Positions 47,610 through 56,495 of a stretch of DNA of 64,000 nt are shown in pieces. The DNA is from Candidatus Iainarchaeum sp. (lineage in GTDB: Archaea; Iainarchaeota; Iainarchaeia; Iainarchaeales; GCA-2688035): assembly GCA_002688035.1 (NCBI GenBank), contig NZBU01000012.1:18272-82271 (forward strand), in the 5' to 3' direction. Below the pieces are notes generated by a model, which saw only the letters and a program-made list of their open reading frames with translations, ran no database searches and was not told the origin of the DNA. Both the position numbers and the translations under genes were made by a program. How positions within the stretch are numbered: the first letter of the stretch is position 1; each line of letters starts with the position of its first letter.

Positions 47610-48113
47610 CTACAAATTCCTCGCTAAATACAGTACCTTCCTCCCTGATTGTATCTTATTCAAATGCCCGTCCTTAAACAGTTTGTTTAAGCGCTGAGAT
47701 GCGGCATTACTTCCTTTGTAGCCAAGTTCTGCCCTAACTTCTTCGGCAGAAACCTGGCCCCGAGTGTGGACCAGATGGATTATCATCTGGTCCTGTTCTG
47801 GCAAGATCTGAGTTGAGGAGAGCTGTGGTTGGGGTGTTGGGGTTAAGGAGTTTGTGTTGTTCGCTGTACTCTCCGTCTTTAGTTTAAGCATGATCTGATC
47901 ATATTTGTCAAAAATATTTTCCAATATCTTGTTTGTTTTTTCTCTTTCTTCAGCCAGCTTAAACAAAAGCATAGCCATAAACATGGGGTCCTTGTTGTGT
48001 TTGTATATTTCTTGGATATCCATGTTTAACTCATTGAACTTTGGGGACATCTTCTTTAGGATTTCCCCCTCCAAGACTTTGGAACTATCTTTGATTGAAT
48101 CATGACTTTCCAT
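47610..48113 (-). CDS. Coiled-coil plus C-terminal winged-HTH DNA-binding protein
   Basis: VSAEEVRAELGYKGSNAASQRLNKLFKDGHLNKIQSGRKVLY. ATG 48113 lies about 27 nt below TTTATATA. Confidence 0.78.
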   Translation of the reverse strand: MESHDSIKDSSKVLEGEILKKMSPKFNELNMDIQEIYKHNKDPMFMAMLLFKLAEEREKTNKILENIFDKYDQIMLKLKTESTANNTNSLTPTPQPQLSSTQILPEQDQMIIHLVHTRGQVSAEEVRAELGYKGSNAASQRLNKLFKDGHLNKIQSGRKVLYLARNL

Positions 48114-48167
48114 TGTAGTATCATGATACACTCATGACATATATAAAGCTTCCCTTTTCGGAGTCTT

Positions 48168-48297
48168 TGCACAAAAAGGGAGCACAATTTAGGATTTCAA
48201 ACCCCTTTTTTGTGCAAAAGGTCATCCTGCACATTAAGGGGTTTCTTGGAATTAATCAGGTTTTGGGCTATTTTGAGCCCTTTTTTTTGTGCAGTTT
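48168..48297. repeat. Four copies of CCC(T/A)5-8GTGCA in alternating orientation
   Basis: 48168-80(-), 48202-16(+), 48228-41(-), 48278-93(+); further copies at 48728-41 and 49570-82. Confidence 0.85.
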
Positions 48298-48306
48298 CCC
48301 CACGGA

Positions 48307-48681
48307 TTATGTTTTTGCTGTTTCAAAAACAGGCTTGCTTTTCCAAGCGCACACTATAAGGACGACATAAATAATTGGCATAATTAAAGAGTCTGCAGGG
48401 TGCGAGAGGAGATAAATTATTTTAACAATTCTCTCGATAAACCAAAACACAGGTAAGACTAAAGCCAAATAAAAACCAAACTTGCTTTTTTGAAATAATA
48501 AACCAATGGTGATTATTAATAATGCAAAATCTAACCCTATTTCAAAAGGCAACAGAGGATAACAGGTAACAAACTCAGAACTACAACCTAAAAACAACAG
48601 TCCTACAAAATTCAATATGCCAAGTAAAAAAACCACGCCCAGAAGAACTAAGCAAATTACCCACCAATCTTTTGATTGCAT
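48307..48681 (-). CDS. Small four-TM hypothetical protein
   Basis: 124 aa, hydrophobic, AT-rich DNA. Confidence 0.7.
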   Translation of the reverse strand: MQSKDWWVICLVLLGVVFLLGILNFVGLLFLGCSSEFVTCYPLLPFEIGLDFALLIITIGLLFQKSKFGFYLALVLPVFWFIERIVKIIYLLSHPADSLIMPIIYVVLIVCAWKSKPVFETAKT

Positions 48682-48831
48682 TCACTTTTTTAATGTCTTT
48701 TCTTCTATTTTGATCTTTCGCCACTAACCCTTATTTGTGCAGAATAGGGGTTTTTTTGTGTTCTGGTTAGGGGGAAATATTAGTTTATAATATTGGAATT
48801 AAATAAATACAAGTTTGATCTACAGTAAGGC

Positions 48832-49545
48832 ATGAACTTAGTTGATCGCTTGCTTGACTTGTTCGGATTGAATAGACTATTAAAGGTAAAAAATAGAAAG
48901 AAAGAGATTGAGAAAGGTATTGAAGAGTTTCTTGAAAGTGTTGAACAAAAAGAAGGAAAAGAGATTGCAAATCAAACAAGAGAGATCACTCTATTGAAAA
49001 CATCCTCTTGGTTGTCCTTAACCGATGAAAATATCATTAAAATATTGCATAGTATTGTTTCAGGATTAAAAGGTAAAACAGTACTTATGCCGCCAAGATT
49101 CCGAATTAAAGAGCCAAAGTTAAGCATTCTTTTACCAGAAAAAAAATAATCGTCAAAGCCAACTGAGTATTACGAAATTTACAAAGAACTTCCACCCATT
49201 TGTAATGGAAATTGGTTACCTCATGAAGAATACTGCGCAAGATTGCAAGCACATGAAAATAGTGAAAAATTTAAAGCGTTAAAAAGAAGATTACTGCTCA
49301 AGAGAGGAACTGAATGTGAATACTGCGGTAAAGAATCTGACCGAGAATCTGATTTTGATTTGCATCATGAAAGTTATAAACATGCAGGTGATGAACGCGA
49401 TGATGAAGTTAAGATTGCTTGTCATCAATGCCACTTTAAGCAAACAATGTTACAGAAAGGACTCACAACAGAGAACTATGTAAACCATATCCAAGATAGG
49501 TTTCAAAAAAAGCTTACAGACTATGAATACTATGAAATTTTTTAA
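48832..49545 (+). pseudogene. HNH endonuclease interrupted by one in-frame TAA (49147-49149)
   Basis: The two listed ORFs share a frame with 31 sense codons between them; CEYCG...DLHH...CHQCH. Confidence 0.6.
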
Positions 49546-49634
49546 TCTTTCTATTTAACTCTTATAACTCCTTTTTTGTGCAGTTTCGAGAAGTGGGCAA
49601 TAAAGTTAAATACATTGGAAAATAATCTATTAGT

Positions 49635-51017
49635 ATGCCTGCGAAGAAAAGACCACTGCTTGAAAGAATGGCTAGGGCCAGGAAGCTGAAAAGGATTCGT
49701 ACAGAGCGAAAAGTAACTAAGTCTAGGCATGAAGGCATCAGGGTTTTAAGAAATATATCCGCAATAAGGCGGTTTAGGCAGGAGGCAAAAGGAAAAGCGG
49801 TAACAAGACTTGGCTTTGGCAAGGAGGAGAACCGTGCTTTTGAACATGTCGCGGGATTAATGCGTAAAAGTGGCTTGTCGGTTAGAACAGATGCGTTTGG
49901 AAATCTTTATGGTCGGCTTGAAGGCAAGAGTTCAAAAGTGGTTATGGTTGGCTCACATTTGGATAGTGTGAGGAGAGGCGGAGCATTTGATGGGGTTTAT
50001 GGAGTTACTGCTGCACTTGAAGCCCTGAATAATATAAAGGCCACTGGAAACCCAGCCCATCCTATTGATCTTGTCGTATGGAGATGCGAGGAATCAGCCA
50101 GATTTAACAAAGCAATGCTTGGAAGCAATGCTGCTTTGGGCAAACTCACTGCCGAGGATTTAATACGAACAGACGCAAACGGTGTTACTCTTAGAAAAGC
50201 ATTGGAACAAAATGGTTTAACTTACAAGCCCGGACAGCAGCTAATTAATCCACAAAATGTCCTGTTATATATTGAGCCTCATGTTGAGCAAGGAGATATC
50301 CTGGCTCGTGCCAAAAGAAAAAGAATTGGAATTGTAACAAGAATTGCAGGTCCTGAAAGATATGAACTTACTTTCAAAAGCCATTCGGCTCATTCTGGCG
50401 CAACTCCAATGGGGCGCAGGCACAGAAAGGATGCTAATGTGGCGGCCTCAAAGGCAACTGTTAAAACAAGAAACCTAGCTTTAAGAGCCAATCATATTTC
50501 AAGAATTTTAGGTCCAACTGTTTCGCAGGCAGTACACAAAGGCCCAATAGTCGGAACCGTAACCCAAATGAGAACAGTGCAAGGTAGCCTTAATACTATT
50601 CCAGGGATGGTCAGAACAACTCTTGATGTAAGGGCCTTGTCTACGCATCAAAGAGGAAAGCTTGCAAAAAGAATAATTACGGGGGTTAGAAAAGCCGCGT
50701 TAAAAGAAGGGGTTTCACTAGATGTAAAAGAACTCTCCAGAAGTCCGCCTGTTTCAATGAGTGCCAAAAATGTTACTCTTCTTGAAAGAGTGTGCAGAGA
50801 AAATGGTATTGTCCATAGAAAGATGCCTTCCGGCGCAGGGCATGATGCATCCAATCTCCAGAAAGCAGGAATACCTAGCGCAATGTTCTTTGTGCCAAGC
50901 GAAGGTGGCTTTGCGCACAATCCTCATGAAAGAACGCATATAAAAGATCTGGGTGCCGGCGTAGTCCTGCTAACAAAATTCTTACATGGCGTGGCTAAAG
51001 TTAGTCCTGTCAATTAG
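49635..51017 (+). CDS. M20-family N-carbamoyl-amino-acid/allantoate amidohydrolase-like protein, unusually basic
   Basis: DAFGN, GSHLDSV, GAFDG, CEE.ARF, E.HVEQG, HSGATPM, SGAGHDA, HNPHE. Confidence 0.88.
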   Translation: MPAKKRPLLERMARARKLKRIRTERKVTKSRHEGIRVLRNISAIRRFRQEAKGKAVTRLGFGKEENRAFEHVAGLMRKSGLSVRTDAFGNLYGRLEGKSSKVVMVGSHLDSVRRGGAFDGVYGVTAALEALNNIKATGNPAHPIDLVVWRCEESARFNKAMLGSNAALGKLTAEDLIRTDANGVTLRKALEQNGLTYKPGQQLINPQNVLLYIEPHVEQGDILARAKRKRIGIVTRIAGPERYELTFKSHSAHSGATPMGRRHRKDANVAASKATVKTRNLALRANHISRILGPTVSQAVHKGPIVGTVTQMRTVQGSLNTIPGMVRTTLDVRALSTHQRGKLAKRIITGVRKAALKEGVSLDVKELSRSPPVSMSAKNVTLLERVCRENGIVHRKMPSGAGHDASNLQKAGIPSAMFFVPSEGGFAHNPHERTHIKDLGAGVVLLTKFLHGVAKVSPVN

Positions 51018-51030
51018 TCTGTTTATTAAT

Positions 51031-51537
51031 CTAAGAGAATGAGATTGCCACAGGCACTTTGAGAATCTTGTTTAGAATTTCCTCAAGCCTTTCTCTTTCT
51101 GATGCAATCTTTTTCATGTCGCGCTCGTCAATAATCGCTTTAAGTTCCTCGCCCTCTTGCTTGAAGACTTTGTTTACTGCCACAACTCTAATTCTACCCA
51201 TCACTTGCTGGATAGTATCTTTTGGGTCAGAGAGTTCTACAACGCGAACCTTTTTCCCAAGGACCTTTTCAAGTGCCTTAATGTTCTTGCCTTCTCGGCC
51301 TATGAGGGCACCAACATTTCCCCTCGCGAAAATGATTATGATCTTTGGGAGTTCAAATGCGCGCACAAGCTCTGTTGCGAGCAAAAACTTCTTGTTCTCA
51401 AGCTTGTTAATTGCCTTGGCTAGCTCGAAATCAATTTGCGTAATCTGCCCGGCTTTTAGCTTTGCCTTGCAGATCATGCAGAGTTTCCCGTATTTTATGT
51501 CTTCTTTGCAAATAGGCCCTTTCACTAAAAACACCAC
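51031..51537 (-). CDS. NusA-like KH-domain protein with N-terminal Cys motif
   Basis: PIC..D....LC..C and GALIGREGKNIK.L...LGKKVRVVE. Confidence 0.82.
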   Translation of the reverse strand: MVFLVKGPICKEDIKYGKLCMICKAKLKAGQITQIDFELAKAINKLENKKFLLATELVRAFELPKIIIIFARGNVGALIGREGKNIKALEKVLGKKVRVVELSDPKDTIQQVMGRIRVVAVNKVFKQEGEELKAIIDERDMKKIASERERLEEILNKILKVPVAISFS

Positions 51538-51598
51538 TTCTGAATAACTAAACTAAAATTAATAAGAATTGAAAGATGAAAAAGAAAGTCTTCCACTT

Positions 51599-51889
51599 TT
51601 ATTTTAACAATTGTATTTCAATGGCAGAAACCTTTAGTAGGTTTCCTTCGTCTGTAGTAATCTCTTCAGTAGCAATCTTGATGTCATTGATTTTTGTATC
51701 GGTAACAAACTTGTTCTTCACAATTTCTGCTACATCAACAGCTCTGCTGATTGCTTTTCCACGAGCCTTGAGCATAACCTCGTTTGCTCCCTGGTTCATC
51801 TGAGTTACAACAGCCAGGACGTAGCTCATTGTTCCTTTTTTGCCCACAAAAACAACGTTTTCATTGCCACTTGATTTTTCCCCTGCCAT
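51599..51889 (-). CDS. albA: DNA/RNA-binding protein Alba
   Basis: [35 protein letters not shown]. Confidence 0.97.
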   Translation of the reverse strand: MAGEKSSGNENVVFVGKKGTMSYVLAVVTQMNQGANEVMLKARGKAISRAVDVAEIVKNKFVTDTKINDIKIATEEITTDEGNLLKVSAIEIQLLK

Positions 51890-52024
51890 TTTTCCCGCAC
51901 CTCCGCGCGAACTACTGTTCAATGAAAAAGACAACAATTACGATTGTGTTGTCTCAAATCTATTGTACTGCACAATCATTTAAAGGCTATTGTTAAAAGA
52001 AAAGAAGGAGGTGGAAACCTGCTT

Positions 52025-52900
52025 TTATCGCAGGTATTCCAAGGTATTCTGCCATATGCCTGGCGTTAGTGCCGGGTCATAATTAAAGTATAGGCTCTTT
52101 CCCATAATCAAGCGCTTCTCGACTATTGCAGGATAATAACTCTGTGTTACCTCGTTCTTGATGTAAGCAACTTGGTTTCCTGTTGGCTTTACATCAAAGG
52201 TGAACAAGGTCAATGGAGGGTAACTTGGGTCTGCCGGAGCAACCTCAATTCCTTGCATTATCCGGTGGTCAAAGTCATTCCTGTATACTCTTCCTACTGT
52301 GTGAATAGGTTGTTTACAGGTTGGAACATCGTTTTGTGCCCTATCACATTCGGCTGGTATGATTTCGCCAAAGGTTGCTGTCCACCCAATAATGTCTGAG
52401 GCAATGCCTGTTCCATATATTCCGCCTGAACGGTAAATTCCTGAGTCCATTATTACTACAAGTTTTCCGCCTGTTTTAACATAGTTCTCAAGGGCTTCTC
52501 CAACTTGCCTACTTACACTGTGATCATATGCGGTGGTTCCAATATGCTGGTCTAATACTACCATATCATACTGCGCCAGTTGCTCTTCGGGGGCAACATT
52601 TATTGAGGCAGCATCTCTAATCCTAGCATAAATAAGATCTTTGTCTTGGTCAAGCATTGCAAGCATTTGGGCTGATGGTTGTCCAATCACAAGCATTTGG
52701 ATTGGCTCACTCTCCTCAAAAAACGGAATGTCTACGACATCAAACCTATTTAACAAAAAAACTGCTATAATAACAATCAGAATCAGGGGAATAAGTCCCT
52801 CTAAGTTTCTGGTAATCTTTGATTTTATTCCTTCATCATAACCGTAATCTGCTGCAGGAGCAGCTCCAGCGTCGCCCTCAGGATACATCTTATTCACCAT
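52025..52900 (-). CDS. Single-TM protein with GATase-like alpha/beta domain (paralog B)
   Basis: LAQYDMVVLD, LENYVKTGGKLVVI, YFNYDPALTPGI.QNTLEYLR. Confidence 0.78.
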   Translation of the reverse strand: MVNKMYPEGDAGAAPAADYGYDEGIKSKITRNLEGLIPLILIVIIAVFLLNRFDVVDIPFFEESEPIQMLVIGQPSAQMLAMLDQDKDLIYARIRDAASINVAPEEQLAQYDMVVLDQHIGTTAYDHSVSRQVGEALENYVKTGGKLVVIMDSGIYRSGGIYGTGIASDIIGWTATFGEIIPAECDRAQNDVPTCKQPIHTVGRVYRNDFDHRIMQGIEVAPADPSYPPLTLFTFDVKPTGNQVAYIKNEVTQSYYPAIVEKRLIMGKSLYFNYDPALTPGIWQNTLEYLR

Positions 52901-53013
52901 CTCCAATTAATTTGTTAATCTATACTATTCTTACCTTTCATTCTATTTAAACCTTTCTTTCTGCCCCAAATCAGGCAATTAAATAAATGCTTTTCTCATT
53001 TATAAAGCTTTCT

Positions 53014-54051
53014 CTAACCCTTGATGATACCATAGTACATATTCTCTAATGGCAGCAAATATACACCTTTGTCAAAGCCCTCAAGTTTTGGGTTTGCATA
53101 GAGCTCAGGGGGCATTGCATAATATATCACTCTTTCACCAACTCCACTTGTTACAATCATTGGAGTGCTTCTGCTAAAATTAGCGTCTCTCAGGCCTGGG
53201 GGGGTGTCAAGGCTCGTGCCTGTGACAATCTTGGTGCCAAAGTCAAGGCTCAGCACTTCTGTTGTTATGCCCCCGCTGAGCGTATTTACAATTGCAAAGT
53301 CCTCTTTGTCAAAGACCCAGAGTGGAAGCTCGACTGACATTCCTCTTATTAGCGGGTGTTCAAGACTTGGTTCTGGTTGTAGACTTCCGGCATAAACTGG
53401 CTTGTCGTTTTTGCAGGGGGAGATATCACAAAAATTTCCCCTATAAGTTAGGGACAAAAGTTGGTCAAAAGAAATCATTAGGTCTCCTTGCTTTCTTGCC
53501 CAGGGCCCAAGCTTAATGTGTTCATTGGTATCGTCTTGTCTCTCATTTAGATAAAGATATTCGTCTGTAACAATCTGTCCATTAACAATACTTTGCCCGA
53601 GTTCTGTTCCGGCATCCCCGGTCCAAACCAAGCGGCCACCTGTTCCATAATAATCTATGAATGCCCGCAATTTCTCGGTTGAAATCTTCCTAGCACGCTC
53701 TACTATAACCAAATGGTAGGGCCTAAGATTTCCAGTATTCACTCTATCAATGTGCAGGGTGTCAGCCCTCACGCCCAAAAACTCCGGGTTGGCAAGCATG
53801 TCCTGCAAACTACAGTACTCATCAGTACATCCTCCAATAGGGTTGCCCAGACCACTGTCACCATAAACTATGAGAACTCTTGGGCCTCCTGTAGCATAGC
53901 CCATGACTCCCCAGTAAAGCTCGCACCCAAATGGAACCGAACTACACTTTGCAATACCTGTGAATACAAGTATGAAATAAAGAAGCACTAGCAAACCCAC
54001 TAGTATTAGTATGTGCGAGCCATCCTTAATCATCTTTCTAATGTCTGTCAT
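53014..54051 (-). CDS. Single-TM protein with GATase-like domain (distant paralog C)
   Basis: LRPYHLVIVE, FIDYYGTGGRLVWTGDAG, HPLIRG, VIYYAMPP. Confidence 0.7.
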   Translation of the reverse strand: MTDIRKMIKDGSHILILVGLLVLLYFILVFTGIAKCSSVPFGCELYWGVMGYATGGPRVLIVYGDSGLGNPIGGCTDEYCSLQDMLANPEFLGVRADTLHIDRVNTGNLRPYHLVIVERARKISTEKLRAFIDYYGTGGRLVWTGDAGTELGQSIVNGQIVTDEYLYLNERQDDTNEHIKLGPWARKQGDLMISFDQLLSLTYRGNFCDISPCKNDKPVYAGSLQPEPSLEHPLIRGMSVELPLWVFDKEDFAIVNTLSGGITTEVLSLDFGTKIVTGTSLDTPPGLRDANFSRSTPMIVTSGVGERVIYYAMPPELYANPKLEGFDKGVYLLPLENMYYGIIKG

Positions 54052-54074
54052 AAAATCACTCTGGAGCTAATAAT

Positions 54075-55250
54075 CTATTTGTTTTTAGTATTTAAAACAG
54101 TTGCTTTTGGTTCTTTGTCAAGCGGAATCGAGCGAATGGCTAGGGGTGCGATGAATGCTGTGATTGTTGAAAGCAGAATTAACGCGGTAATTATGTCTGC
54201 GCTCAGCAGTCCTGACTCAAGCGCTACAAATGCAACGGCAAGTGTTGTGGATAACTGGGGAGTAGTGGCAAAGCCTATCAGCAGGCTTTCTTTTACCGAA
54301 AATTTGAGCAGGTATTTTCCACCTATAAAACCACTGATTACCTTTGAGGCTATCAGGCCTGTTACTATCAGCGCGGATGAAATAAGTACTTGGGACGAGA
54401 GTAGTAATCCAAGGTCTAGCCCCATGCCAATTATGAGGAAGAATATTGGGATGAAAAAACCATAGCTGATAGTCCTTATTTTCTCCTCCACTTTTCCCCT
54501 TATAGAGTCACTAAGTATTATGCCGATTACAAATCCTGCAACAATAGCGTGCATTCCAAGTGATTCAAATAGAACTACTGTGGCAATCAGTATTGCGAAA
54601 ACAAAGCGCAGCTGGCTCTCGAACAAATCTCGGCCTCTCTTGTTATAGTGGTATAATTGTTCTATTCTGGGAATGAGAAGTTTGAGCAGGAAAGGGATCA
54701 ATATTATGAGTGGAATGTAAATGATTAGTGGCAAAGCTGTTTTAGGTGTAAAGTTTTGCAGTACTATGGCGAACAGCAGCAAACTTATCATGTCCTCAAA
54801 AACCGTTGCCGAAACAATGGTTTCCCCAATCCTCCTGTTCAGTAACCCTCGTGCTTCAAGGGAAGGAATTATGATTGCAACAGAGGAGGAGATAAAAGCG
54901 ATTCCAAGAATATAGGAGGTTATCACACTCTGCGTTAAAAACCAGGCGATTCCAAAGCCGGTTGCAAACGGGATTACCCCATTTAGAAGTGCCAGCACGA
55001 ATATTTCTTTTTCAAGGCGCTTGAATGAACCGGTTTTTATTTCGCTGCCCGCAATAAACATTAGGAACACAAGGCCAATTCCACCCAGGAACGATATTGT
55101 GGGATCAACACTCACAATATTTAAAACAGGTCCAATGATAACTCCAGCAACAATCAGAGCGGTAACATAGGGCAAATGCAGCCTCTTAAATAAGTCTGAG
55201 AAAATGAGTCCCGCGAATAGGAGGACAAAAAAACTCAATAGTGCAGTCAT
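54075..55250 (-). CDS. CPA2 cation:proton antiporter (no KTN domain)
   Basis: GLVFLMFIAG.E, SSVAI, FED, FFIPIFF...G. Confidence 0.92.
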   Translation of the reverse strand: MTALLSFFVLLFAGLIFSDLFKRLHLPYVTALIVAGVIIGPVLNIVSVDPTISFLGGIGLVFLMFIAGSEIKTGSFKRLEKEIFVLALLNGVIPFATGFGIAWFLTQSVITSYILGIAFISSSVAIIIPSLEARGLLNRRIGETIVSATVFEDMISLLLFAIVLQNFTPKTALPLIIYIPLIILIPFLLKLLIPRIEQLYHYNKRGRDLFESQLRFVFAILIATVVLFESLGMHAIVAGFVIGIILSDSIRGKVEEKIRTISYGFFIPIFFLIIGMGLDLGLLLSSQVLISSALIVTGLIASKVISGFIGGKYLLKFSVKESLLIGFATTPQLSTTLAVAFVALESGLLSADIITALILLSTITAFIAPLAIRSIPLDKEPKATVLNTKNK

Positions 55251-55356
55251 CCGTTGTTTTATTATTGGAAGTGTTATAAATTAGTTTCCAAGGCCAAAGA
55301 GTCCGGACAAAAGCTTTAAAAAGAGCCCCCGGGACAATTTAGTTAAGTGATTCTAA

Positions 55357-55530
55357 ATGGTTAAACTGAAAAGAGGACCAACAACTACCGGTCCAAGCAG
55401 TTCGCTTGGAATAATGCGTTTCTTTGACGCAGATACCGCCGGCCCAAAGCTGAGTCCTGAATTTGTCGTAATAATCGCTGTAGCACTTATAGCTGTTGTT
55501 GTAGCTGCAAAGCTATTGCTTGGATTCTAA
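55357..55530 (+). CDS. secG: Preprotein translocase subunit Sec61beta
   Basis: 57 aa; P.S.LGIMRFFDAD..GPKLSPEFV plus TM. Not in the ORF track. Confidence 0.9.
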   Translation: MVKLKRGPTTTGPSSSLGIMRFFDADTAGPKLSPEFVVIIAVALIAVVVAAKLLLGF

Positions 55531-56495
55531 AGAGTTGAGCGTTCTTTTTCAACGAGTTGCTTTGCTTTCTTTATTTCGCTTGGATAATGCTTTCCTCTGT
55601 AAAGAACCTTTGCTTCAGCTTCACTTGCATTAAAGGCTTTCTTCAATATTTCTGTTGCCTTTTCGTGGTCAAAGCGCTTGCAGGAAACGACATCTATTTT
55701 TGCAAATCCCTGCAAAGGATAGGTGTGAATTGTGATGTGTGATTCAGCTATGATCACAAAACCGCTTAGGCCTGAGTCCTCTTTCTTTGGCGCCTTATAT
55801 TCTATGATATGTGCTTCTGAAATTTTTTGCATTCCAATTTTTGCAGGAAACTCGTTCAAAATCTTTTCAACAAACTTTTTATCCCCAAGTTTCTTTGCAT
55901 TGCACTTGTACAAGTCCAAAGCGAGCTGTGGCCCGTAGTCTGCACTAAATTTTTCGAGAAAAAGTGGCATTGCCTTATCAATTAAATTGTAAGCCAGGTC
56001 AAATGCGAAGAGCAGGAAAAAGTATTCAAAGTTTCCTGTTACAAAGCCGATTGCAATGGCTCCAATCTCTAGTGAGAGCCTTACACTAACCACTTTCTCC
56101 ACAAGCCTATTCACACTTTTATCTTTTTCCTTTATCTTATCAATAAAATCGTTTAGTATTTCATCTAAGAAACCGAGTAGCAAGAATATTACTAAAAATG
56201 GAAAGTTGATCGCCGGGAAGCCAAAGAGAGAAGCAAAAATGAATAGGGCTGCCACTGCAAACTGGTGCTCCCGTGAATCAATCTTTCCAGCTATAAGCAC
56301 ACCAATAGTAATTGCAATAATGATTGTTGCAAACTCGGTTGAAATGGTAATAAGAAATCCTGCCAATAGGCCATAGGTTATACCTGTTAGGTATGGTAGC
56401 ACAGGGTGCTTTGACTTGAATGGCTCATCAACAAAGTTGTCTGTCATCTTTGTCAGCAGGCCATCCAGAAAAGCTAGCAGGTAGAAAAAAATCAC
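55527..56495 (-). CDS. speD: Fusion of an N-terminal polytopic membrane domain and a pyruvoyl-dependent S-adenosylmethionine decarboxylase
   Basis: About 6 hydrophobic helices, then G.QL.LDLY.C, GLSG..IIAESH.TIHTYP and D..SC. Confidence 0.85.
   Translation of the reverse strand: MIFFYLLAFLDGLLTKMTDNFVDEPFKSKHPVLPYLTGITYGLLAGFLITISTEFATIIIAITIGVLIAGKIDSREHQFAVAALFIFASLFGFPAINFPFLVIFLLLGFLDEILNDFIDKIKEKDKSVNRLVEKVVSVRLSLEIGAIAIGFVTGNFEYFFLLFAFDLAYNLIDKAMPLFLEKFSADYGPQLALDLYKCNAKKLGDKKFVEKILNEFPAKIGMQKISEAHIIEYKAPKKEDSGLSGFVIIAESHITIHTYPLQGFAKIDVVSCKRFDHEKATEILKKAFNASEAEAKVLYRGKHYPSEIKKAKQLVEKERSTL

Noticed and set aside
48166-48300. Repeat array as a CRISPR array
   Set aside because: Repeats are only about 14 bp, alternate in orientation and have irregular spacers; no cas genes are present.
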